From: a virus
Direction: 5' to 3' (one strand)
Virus record (IMG/VR): IMGVR_UViG_3300030319_000074
Coordinates: 1 to 30,248 of that record
DNA length: 30,248 nucleotides
The position numbers were made by a program, and so were the translations under genes. The notes beneath the pieces are model-generated. The model was not told the DNA's origin and ran no database searches. It saw only the letters and a program-made list of their open reading frames with translations. Below are positions 15,812 to 22,558 of the stretch, piece after piece. Positions within the stretch are counted from its first letter, which is position 1. Every line of letters begins with the position of its first letter.

Positions 15812-16104
15812 GCAGACACCTCATGATTGGTATGTTCAAGTTCTTCATCGGCATGGATATATTTGTTTAGATCCTGTCCGTCATAGTCTTCCAAAAATTG
15901 CAGGAAGGTGGACACGCGGCATTTGTAAGATCCAAGCTTCATGAAGCGGATCACGCCGGCTTGACGCAGTTTATGTACCGCAGCAATGTTGCATTTTAGC
16001 AAAGATGCGACATCTTTTACTGTGAGCAGCTGTTCTGGAATGGGCTGCAAAGTGATTGTCGTGTCTTTCGATGTAAACACATCTTCTTTAATGATTTCTC
16101 TCAT
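15808..16104 (-). CDS. Excisionase-family (MerR-like) HTH DNA-binding protein, candidate Xis
   Basis: LLTVKDVASLLKCNIAAVHKLRQAGVIRFMKLGSYKCRVSTFLQFLE matches the excisionase-family HTH pattern. Confidence 0.6.
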   Translation of the reverse strand: MREIIKEDVFTSKDTTITLQPIPEQLLTVKDVASLLKCNIAAVHKLRQAGVIRFMKLGSYKCRVSTFLQFLEDYDGQDLNKYIHADEELEHTNHEVSA

Positions 16105-16279
16105 GGGTTACTCCTTCCTTGAAAATGTCCGCTTGTATGGGACTTCCGTGCTTGTCCAGCTGTGCAAATTCTCGGTGCGTAGTGTGCCGGCACTGCCACT
16201 GACAGGCAGCTTTGCAGCAAATGGTGTTCTTCTCTGGATTGCATAGGAATACGGGTTTTTGATATGAGATCTTACGCAT
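16088..16279 (-). CDS. Small Cys-rich hypothetical protein
   Basis: ATG at 16279 with GAGGT 8 nt upstream. The product contains FLCNPEKNTICCKAACQWQCRHTTHREFA. Confidence 0.45.
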   Translation of the reverse strand: MRKISYQKPVFLCNPEKNTICCKAACQWQCRHTTHREFAQLDKHGSPIQADIFKEGVTHERNH

Positions 16280-16502
16280 CTTCAATTACCTCACCGTACA
16301 GGAACTCTTCCAGATTTTCCAGTGTTGCCCCTGCATTCAGCAGCTGTTTTCCTCTTTTTTCGTAGTACCGAAGTTGATACAGATACTGGCGGCGTTTGTA
16401 CTTGATTCGCTGTTCCCTTCGTGCGATCTGTACTTCTTCAGAATTGCTTAGACGTTGGATTTCCATTTCAATCTGTTCGTCTGTCAGGTCTTCTTTTCGC
16501 AT
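16272..16502 (-). CDS. Hypothetical protein
   Basis: 76 aa, charged and helical, with AAAGGAG upstream. It overlaps the end of the Cro-like gene. Confidence 0.6.
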   Translation of the reverse strand: MRKEDLTDEQIEMEIQRLSNSEEVQIARREQRIKYKRRQYLYQLRYYEKRGKQLLNAGATLENLEEFLYGEVIEDA

Positions 16503-16696
16503 AGATACATATCTCCTTTCAAGATCTCATCTGTTGTACAGTGCAGGATTTCTGCCATTTCTCTTACTTTTTGCAAACTTGGATTGCGCACTCCGGTTTC
16601 CCATTGGCTAATTGCGTTTGGTGTTACATGCAGCAATTTTGCAAGTTTTACTTGTGACAATCCTTGTGCTAGTCGGATGTTTCTAATGTAAATCAT
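16484..16696 (-). CDS. Cro-like XRE-family HTH regulator (first gene of the lytic operon)
   Basis: 70 aa. IRNIRLAQGLSQVKLAKLLHVTPNAISQWETGVRNPS is a canonical XRE HTH. It is divergent from the repressor gene. Confidence 0.8.
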   Translation of the reverse strand: MIYIRNIRLAQGLSQVKLAKLLHVTPNAISQWETGVRNPSLQKVREMAEILHCTTDEILKGDMYLCEKKT

Positions 16697-16714
16697 TTCG
16701 TCACCTCTGCATTG

Positions 16715-16832
16715 CTAACGTTCTGTTAGGATTATAACACACGTTCCGTTAGAATGTCAATAGTAATTCTAACTTTTCGTTAGTATACACAAAACGTGAG
16801 CGATTTTATTGACAATTCTAACAGTTTGTGAT
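16715..16832. promoter_or_regulatory. Operator set: 15-bp CTAAC-N5-GTTAG palindromes
   Basis: Perfect copies at 16715-16729 and 16769-16783. Degenerate copies at 16738-16752 (CACAC-N5-GTTAG) and 16818-16832 (CTAAC-N5-GTGAT). They overlap both promoters. Confidence 0.5.
16731..16760 (-). promoter_or_regulatory. Early lytic promoter (TTGACA-18 nt-TATAAT with TGn)
   Basis: The minus strand has TTGACA (plus 16755-16760) and TGtTATAAT (TATAAT at plus 16731-16736). Confidence 0.6.
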
Positions 16833-16837
16833 ATTAT
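16809..16837 (+). promoter_or_regulatory. Lysogeny-operon promoter (TTGACA-17 nt-TATTAT)
   Basis: TTGACA at 16809-16814 and TATTAT at 16832-16837, upstream of the repressor RBS. Confidence 0.6.
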
Positions 16838-16860
16838 AACAATAGACGGAGGTGAGATCT

Positions 16861-17202
16861 ATGTTTGCAGATAAATTAAAGGAATTGCGTGCGATAAATG
16901 GACTGACTCAGGCAGAATTTGCACATGAGTTTTCTATTTCTAACGGAACAATTGCGATGTGGGAAACAGGAAAACGGACACCTGACATTGAAACAATCAA
17001 GCGTATTGCAAACTACTTCAACGTTTCCGTAGATTATCTCGTTGATAACGATGAAGAAAGGCATTCTGTGTCGGAGAAAGACATCAAATTTGCCTTATTC
17101 CACGGTGCTGATGGAATCACCGATGAAATGTATGCAGAGGTCAAGCAGTTTGCTGAAATGGTCAAGCTGCGTGAGGAAAATAAGCGAAAGGATAAAAAAT
17201 GA
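16861..17202 (+). CDS. CI/ImmR-like XRE-family repressor (no S24 peptidase domain)
   Basis: ATG at 16861 lies 6 nt after GGAGGTG (16848-16854); the track start at 16852 is a GTG inside the RBS. HTH: LRAINGLTQAEFAHEFSISNGTIAMWETGKRTP. Confidence 0.8.
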   Translation: MFADKLKELRAINGLTQAEFAHEFSISNGTIAMWETGKRTPDIETIKRIANYFNVSVDYLVDNDEERHSVSEKDIKFALFHGADGITDEMYAEVKQFAEMVKLREENKRKDKK

Positions 17203-17609
17203 ACCTCGATGATCTATATCATATTGCAGACGTTGAAAATATAGAAGTCATACCGTTTCCGCTTCCAAAGACAAAATCCTTGTCGATACAGACCGATGAT
17301 TTTGATTGCTATATTGGCATGGACGACAGCGAAATGCCAACCAATGCAGAAAAAAAGACCCGGCTCGCTCATGAGCTGGGTCACTGCACACAGGGTGCAT
17401 TTTATAATCGTTGGAGCAACTTTGATTTGATCAGTCGCCACGAATACCGTGCTGACAGATGGGCTTGTGAAAAGCTGATCCCGAAAGAGGAAATGGAAAT
17501 TGCTATGAAAAAAGGGTATTGTGAAGTTTGGCAACTTGCAGAATACTTCGATGTGACGGAAGAACTGGTGCGAAAAGCGTGCTGGATCTATTTTGATAAG
17601 ATTTTTTGA
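17199..17609 (+). CDS. immA: ImmA/IrrE-family zinc metalloprotease (anti-repressor protease)
   Basis: HEXXH motif in RLAHELGHC. 136 aa. ATGA start/stop overlap with the XRE repressor gene. Confidence 0.8.
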   Translation: MNLDDLYHIADVENIEVIPFPLPKTKSLSIQTDDFDCYIGMDDSEMPTNAEKKTRLAHELGHCTQGAFYNRWSNFDLISRHEYRADRWACEKLIPKEEMEIAMKKGYCEVWQLAEYFDVTEELVRKACWIYFDKIF

Positions 17610-17630
17610 GATGAAACGGGGTAAAATACA

Positions 17631-18980
17631 ATGATGAATACATTGGGATTGACAGAGCAAGAAAAAATAGCTCTGAAAATAATAGAAAAGGCTTTTGAAT
17701 CGAATAACTTGGATTTTGCAAAAATCTCGTTGGATCGCAGAAGTTCCAGCTATCTTTCTTTATTGACAAAAGAAGAATGGGAGCCGGGTGCTGATTTTTG
17801 CAGATTAAAAGCTGGTGTAAAATCTGTATGGATTTCTCTGGATACTTGGTGTTGTCCGAAAGAATTTACTTCGAGTGATCGATTCTCTAATGTTGTAAAT
17901 AAGAATCAGAGGCATTGGAAAATAGATTTGCCTTCTTTGAACAGCATTGCTGAAATTTGCGATCTAATCATAGATGTGTACTTGTATTCTATCGGGGAAT
18001 CTCCTTTAAAGAATGCATTGCAAACTCCTGATCTTACTGAAGAAAGTACTTCCAATAGTCAAAGTACATGCAGAAAGAAAGGGCATCGCTTAACAACATT
18101 ACCGCAGGATTATGTGGTGATTGATTTGGAAACAACAGGCTTAGATACAAGATTCTGCGAAATTATTGAACTGTCTGCTGTTCTTGTACGTAATGATGAA
18201 ATCGCAGATATTTTCCATTCTCTTGTGAAGCCAGTTGAAAAAGTGGGGGAGTTTGTTGAAAATTTAACGGGAATTACAAACGAAATGCTGACAAATGCAC
18301 CTAGTGTAGATGCTGCACTTCCAGAGTTCCTACGTTTTGTTGGAGATAACATTGTGATAGGTCATAATGTTAATTTTGACATCAATTTTATCTATGATTA
18401 TAAAATGAAAATCGATGGCAATCCATTTCGCAATGATTATGTTGATACTCTGCAAATTGCAAGAAAAGCATTGCCGCAATTATCGCATCACCGCTTAAAA
18501 GACATTGCTGAGTATTTATCCTTTGATTTTGCTACACAGCATAGAGCAACCGAAGACTGCATGATGACATATCAATGTTATCTGAAACTAAAAGACATTG
18601 TAATTGAAAATGGTATCGATTTGACTAGCTTAAAAAAGGATCACAACAAGATAAAAGCCAAAAATGTACTGGCTGCTACTGAAAATTTTGACGAAAACCA
18701 TTTGCTGTTTGGAAAAGTTTGCGTTTTCACAGGAAAGCTTGAAAAAATGGATCGTGCAAAAGCAATGCAAATTGTTGCAAATATCGGCGGGATCAATGCA
18801 GATAACGTTACGAAAAAGACGAATTATTTGATACTCGGAAACAACGATTTTTGTAGTTCACTAAAAGGCGGGAAAAGCTCGAAACAAAAGAAAGCAGAAA
18901 AGCTTGCATTAGAGGGGCAAGATATTCAGATTATATCTGAGAATGTATTCTATGAGATGGTTTCAGAATCACAGGGATAA
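17631..18980 (+). CDS. Three-part protein: unknown N-terminal domain + DEDDh (DnaQ-like) 3'-5' exonuclease + C-terminal BRCT domain
   Basis: ExoI VVIDLETTG, ExoII IGHNVNFDINF, ExoIII HRATEDC. BRCT-like LFGKVCVFTGKL...KKTNYLILG...KAEKLALEGQDIQIISE. I recognise no motif in residues 1 to about 150. Confidence 0.75.
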   Translation: MMNTLGLTEQEKIALKIIEKAFESNNLDFAKISLDRRSSSYLSLLTKEEWEPGADFCRLKAGVKSVWISLDTWCCPKEFTSSDRFSNVVNKNQRHWKIDLPSLNSIAEICDLIIDVYLYSIGESPLKNALQTPDLTEESTSNSQSTCRKKGHRLTTLPQDYVVIDLETTGLDTRFCEIIELSAVLVRNDEIADIFHSLVKPVEKVGEFVENLTGITNEMLTNAPSVDAALPEFLRFVGDNIVIGHNVNFDINFIYDYKMKIDGNPFRNDYVDTLQIARKALPQLSHHRLKDIAEYLSFDFATQHRATEDCMMTYQCYLKLKDIVIENGIDLTSLKKDHNKIKAKNVLAATENFDENHLLFGKVCVFTGKLEKMDRAKAMQIVANIGGINADNVTKKTNYLILGNNDFCSSLKGGKSSKQKKAEKLALEGQDIQIISENVFYEMVSESQG

Positions 18981-18983
18981 TCT

Positions 18984-19559
18984 ATGAAATACTGTATGAA
19001 TTGCGGTACGCAAAATGAGGATACGGCAAAACACTGTTCTAACTGCGGCAAAGCATTCCCAGCTCCGCAGCCAGACTTCATCGCTCCGAATCTTCCGGAT
19101 CCGGATGACTGGCACTGGGATAAGTCGAAAAAACGGCATAAAAAATCCCACCATTCGTCAGGACGAAAAGTGGGTGCTGGGTTCGGCTGTCTGGTCGTCA
19201 TTGTCGTAGTTGCCGCTGTGATCACAGTGCTGTGTATGCTGTTTTCCAACGGGAAAAGTAAGAACGATGCCGCTGTAAAGCCGCAGTCCAGTTCAGAAGC
19301 GGAACAGCCGGCTGACAGTGGTATGATTTCTCCGGAACTGTTTCGGGGCATTCTGGAAGATTCGTTTCAAAACCAAGAGGGGTTGTCTGATGTATCTGTA
19401 CAGTATGACAGTGATCTGAATTATTACACGATCAATCTGACGGCAGACGGCATCGTTGTAGATGTGACAAAGTCCAAGCTGACCGGGGACATCCAGAAAT
19501 GGAATGAGTTGCTGTCTGTCATGAATGGTACGACATTGTATGATTGCATGGAGGAATGA
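18984..19559 (+). CDS. Zinc-ribbon, single-pass membrane protein (candidate superinfection-exclusion factor)
   Basis: It has MKYCMNCGTQNEDTAKHCSNCG, then a TM helix GFGCLVVIVVVAAVITVLCMLF and a C-terminal domain of about 100 aa. The start is 3 nt after the upstream stop. Confidence 0.65.
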   Translation: MKYCMNCGTQNEDTAKHCSNCGKAFPAPQPDFIAPNLPDPDDWHWDKSKKRHKKSHHSSGRKVGAGFGCLVVIVVVAAVITVLCMLFSNGKSKNDAAVKPQSSSEAEQPADSGMISPELFRGILEDSFQNQEGLSDVSVQYDSDLNYYTINLTADGIVVDVTKSKLTGDIQKWNELLSVMNGTTLYDCMEE

Positions 19560-19602
19560 ACTAATATTTTAAACCAGCAGCGAAAGGGGGTGAGAAATTA
19601 AA

Positions 19603-20853
19603 ATGTCAAAAAAAGTTATGACACGAAAGCGTGGCAATTGGTGGTCATATCGTTTTGAAGGTGCAATGGTCGATGAAAAGCGTCAGTGGATCACACGGAG
19701 CGGCTTTCACACGAAGAAAGAAGCCTATGATGCGGGGATTGCAGCGTATCAAGAATACCAGAGCAGCGGCTTGAAATTAACGCCTACAGAACTATCTGTT
19801 GCGGATTTTATGGACTACTGGCTCAAGGAATACTGTGAAGTGAACCTAAAAGAAACGACTGTTTTAAATTACCGCAAAAAAGTCAAGAATATCATTAAGC
19901 CACATATCGGGAAATATCGTCTTCGTTCAATTCAAACAGCTACAATCCAAAAAATGATCTATGATCTGTTTCAAAGCGGTTATGCTAGGAACACATTAAC
20001 CGTTGTAAAAGGGATCCTGACAAAATCTTTTGCTTATGCAAAAGCAAATCATTTTATCAAGGACAATCCAATGTGTGAAGTGGAACTACCTCGGAGTACG
20101 GCAAAGCCAAACGTAAAAAGCCGCAGAAAAGAGAGAAGCTACATTCCAAAAGAACGTATTGCAGAAATATTTCAACGTTTTCCGGAAGGCAGCTCTACGT
20201 ATTTACCGTTGTTGCTAGGCTATCGATGCGGCTTGCGTCTTGGTGAAGCGTATGCACTTCAATGGAAAGATATTGATTTTCAGAAAAAGACATTGACTGT
20301 GCAAAGGCAAATTCAGTATGTCGAAAAGAAAATCGATACTTTTCAAAAAAGCGTCCTGTATTTTTCAGAACCCAAGTATAATAGTTTTCGGACAATTCAG
20401 CTGGATTCCGAAACACTTGGGGTACTGGAAAAACTGAAAAGTCAGCAGAAAAGCAACCGTGAAGAATATGCAGAGTTTTACTGCCGCTATTTTGAAACGC
20501 CGGAACGAACTGCTGCCAGTGATCCAGAACCACATATATTGAATACTGATGGTATTGGTGAGGAAATATTCTTTCTGAATGTAAATGCCGATGGAAGCTA
20601 TATACGCCCACGAACGATGCAACACACATCTTATGTGATTCATACGGAATTGGACTTCCCTGAGTTTGACTTTCATAGTCTGCGACATACGCACTGTACA
20701 GAACTGTTAGAAGCCGGATTTTCTCCGAAAGCAGTTCAGATGCGTTTAGGTCACAAGGACATCAAAACTACTCTGAACATTTATGAGCACATCACACAAT
20801 CACAAGAAGATAAAGCCGCAATGATATTGGAAGATATGTATTCTTCTGATTGA
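19603..20853 (+). CDS. int: Tyrosine site-specific integrase
   Basis: 416 aa. It has LLLGYRCGLRLGEA (Arg box), HSLRHTHCTELLEAG and LGHKDIKTTLNIYEH (His/Tyr box). RBS AAAGGGGGTGAG. Confidence 0.9.
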   Translation: MSKKVMTRKRGNWWSYRFEGAMVDEKRQWITRSGFHTKKEAYDAGIAAYQEYQSSGLKLTPTELSVADFMDYWLKEYCEVNLKETTVLNYRKKVKNIIKPHIGKYRLRSIQTATIQKMIYDLFQSGYARNTLTVVKGILTKSFAYAKANHFIKDNPMCEVELPRSTAKPNVKSRRKERSYIPKERIAEIFQRFPEGSSTYLPLLLGYRCGLRLGEAYALQWKDIDFQKKTLTVQRQIQYVEKKIDTFQKSVLYFSEPKYNSFRTIQLDSETLGVLEKLKSQQKSNREEYAEFYCRYFETPERTAASDPEPHILNTDGIGEEIFFLNVNADGSYIRPRTMQHTSYVIHTELDFPEFDFHSLRHTHCTELLEAGFSPKAVQMRLGHKDIKTTLNIYEHITQSQEDKAAMILEDMYSSD

Positions 20854-20872
20854 CCACATTTTGACCACATTC
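20848..20872 (+). repeat. Two tandem copies of the 11-mer TGACCACATT(T/C), overlapping the int stop codon
   Basis: The 24-mer GATTGACCACATTTTGACCACATT at 20848-20871 recurs exactly at 21168-21191. Confidence 0.7.
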
Positions 20873-21125
20873 TGATTCTATTCAATAAAATTTGGAACGA
20901 ATCAGAAAACAATGATTTAAAGCCGACAATTCGAGAAAACAACGCATTTTCCATTGTATTTAAGCATTGGGAAATCTTAATTTGATATAAAAAAGAAAAT
21001 GCATTTAGCATGGGCAACAACCCGATGGTTGGCGCGACTGTTGCTGTTGCAGTATCTGTTGAAGAAGCTGCTAAGGCTGGCAAATTCTAAGCAATTGCGT
21101 GGTTTTTTTCGAAACAGCAAAAATG

Positions 21126-21164
21126 AGCGTATCCCGACCAAATAGGTCGAGATACGCTTTTTTT
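21126..21164. terminator. Bidirectional intrinsic terminator
   Basis: AGCGTATCCCGACC-aaat-aGGTCGAGATACGCT forms a stem of about 14 bp with one mismatch. It is followed by T7 on the + strand and preceded by A5, which gives a T-run on the - strand downstream of the endolysin. Confidence 0.7.
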
Positions 21165-21167
21165 GCC

Positions 21168-21208
21168 GATTGACCACATTTTGACCACATTTTTTGAAAT
21201 GTGGTCAA
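21168..21208. repeat. Two tandem direct copies plus one inverted copy of the 11-mer TGACCACATTT
   Basis: Direct copies at 21171-21181 and 21182-21192. Inverted copy AAATGTGGTCA at 21197-21207. Confidence 0.7.
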
Positions 21209-21248
21209 TCCGTATTTGGTATTTGCAAGCCAATTTGCCATTGGCAAA

Positions 21249-22136
21249 TCATTTGAAATTATCCCACGACACATACCCTGTGACATACTTCCCGACTGGT
21301 GTCCTGCCGCAATTCGCCGCCGTAGTGGTGATGCGGTAGCGCCCCAGCTTGCACGGTACGCCGTCGTAGATGTAATATGTACCGGCACTCAGACGTGCAG
21401 ACGGTGTGGTTGCAGTTTCATTTGCAAACAGTGGTGTATTGCTTCTGATCTTCACCGCCTGACCTTTTACCCACTTCTTAGCCGGTGCAGCCTGTGCAGG
21501 CTTAGCAGATGCAGCCTTGAACCCGTTCAGCCCCTTTTTCTTGATAGCTGCCGGATAATCTACATAGCATTCGTTCACGTCCGCATTGCCGGAGATGCCA
21601 TAGACCTTGCCCGTACTGGACTTCTGCCATATGCCGTACTGTCCGTGGTAGGTGGTCTTATCCACGCCGTAGTGTGCCACCCAGACAGCATACCGTGCCC
21701 GCAGTTCTTCTGTGATGCAGTTTTCCAGATGTGCCTTGCTGGAGTAGATCCCTACGAAATAGCCTGCCTTTTCTACCGTCTCCAGAAACGCCTTTGCAAT
21801 GGCGGTGCAGGCGGTCTTTCCCTGGGCAAGCACCTTTTGTTCCTCAATGTCGAAGTAGATCGGGAACGCAAAGGTTTTGCCCTGGAGGAAGCTCAGGCAG
21901 ACAGCAGCTTCCTGTCTGGCTTCTGCCGGGGTAGTGGCGTAGCTGTACCAATATGCACCGCAGGGGATGCCCTGTGCCTTGCAGCCGGCGTAGTTGGCTT
22001 CAAACTGCGTGTCTTTCTGGGAGGCTTCCTTGCCGTAGCCTGCCCGGAGAATGGCGAACTGTACGCCGTCCGCCTTGACCTGCGCCCAGTTTACAGCGCC
22101 GTTGTGTTTGCTGATATCGATTCCTCTCATATTCAT
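21249..22136 (-). CDS. Endolysin: GH25 muramidase with C-terminal SH3b-like cell-wall-binding domain
   Basis: GH25 N-terminal signature MRGIDISKHNGAVNWAQVKADGVQFAILRAGYG, an Ala/Pro/Lys linker, then a C-terminal domain of about 80 aa. ATGA overlap with the holin stop. Confidence 0.85.
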   Translation of the reverse strand: MNMRGIDISKHNGAVNWAQVKADGVQFAILRAGYGKEASQKDTQFEANYAGCKAQGIPCGAYWYSYATTPAEARQEAAVCLSFLQGKTFAFPIYFDIEEQKVLAQGKTACTAIAKAFLETVEKAGYFVGIYSSKAHLENCITEELRARYAVWVAHYGVDKTTYHGQYGIWQKSSTGKVYGISGNADVNECYVDYPAAIKKKGLNGFKAASAKPAQAAPAKKWVKGQAVKIRSNTPLFANETATTPSARLSAGTYYIYDGVPCKLGRYRITTTAANCGRTPVGKYVTGYVSWDNFK

Positions 22137-22549
22137 TCATCCTTTCCCTTGCTTTGCAGCAAGTCAATTGCTTTTTTTAACGCCGCCGGCATGGGGATTC
22201 CCATCAACCCGGCATTTTCCAGAATTGAGATCAATTCATTGCACGAGAATGCAATGCAAACAGCATCTCGGATGTATGTTGTGTCAAGGATCAGATCCAG
22301 TTGTGCGGAAATCAGCACCAACAGCAATGTTACGCCCTTGCGAGCAATCCCTTTCCATCCGATTTTTGATTGCAGTCCGCCAGATTTTGTCTTAGGCGAT
22401 TTGCGGAATACGCCTGCCAGGATCAAGCCTGTTGCGTAATCGACTGCCATAAACAGCAGCAGTGCTCGAATGGACGCATCCCATCCGCCGAACAGCCATG
22501 CGACAAAGCTGCCACCAACGCCGACGGCTGTGCAGATTGTTTCTTTCAT
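22133..22549 (-). CDS. Holin (toxin-secretion/phage-lysis holin family)
   Basis: 138 aa with about 3 TM segments. AVDYATGLILAGVFRKSPKTKSGGLQSKIGWKGIARKGVTLL matches the holin_4_1/TcdE-like pattern. AGGAGG RBS. Confidence 0.75.
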   Translation of the reverse strand: MKETICTAVGVGGSFVAWLFGGWDASIRALLLFMAVDYATGLILAGVFRKSPKTKSGGLQSKIGWKGIARKGVTLLLVLISAQLDLILDTTYIRDAVCIAFSCNELISILENAGLMGIPMPAALKKAIDLLQSKGKDE

Positions 22550-22558
22550 AATTACCTC

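Noticed and set aside
21010-21090. 26-codon ORF MGNNPMVGATVAVAVSVEEAAKAGKF as an independent phage peptide gene
   Set aside because: It has no SD upstream of the ATG, and the frame is open upstream to 20986. I interpret it as a possible host-gene 3'-end mimic within attP (see findings), not as an annotated CDS.
20854-21248. tRNA or tmRNA fragment as the integration target in attP
   Set aside because: I looked for T-loop-like GGTTCGA/TTCGAATCC and acceptor/CCA features on both strands and found none. The GC-rich segment reads better as the 3' end of a protein-coding frame followed by a terminator.
21201-22439. 412-aa + strand ORF, the longest + strand ORF outside the lysogeny module
   Set aside because: It is exactly antisense to the GH25 endolysin and the holin, both of which have clear family signatures. 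Its translation is Cys/Arg/Leu-rich with no RBS. It is a typical shadow ORF. The same reasoning applies to 4133-4840, 28311-29051, 2273-2953, 1430-2029, 26336-26914 and the + strand ORFs at 256-1078.
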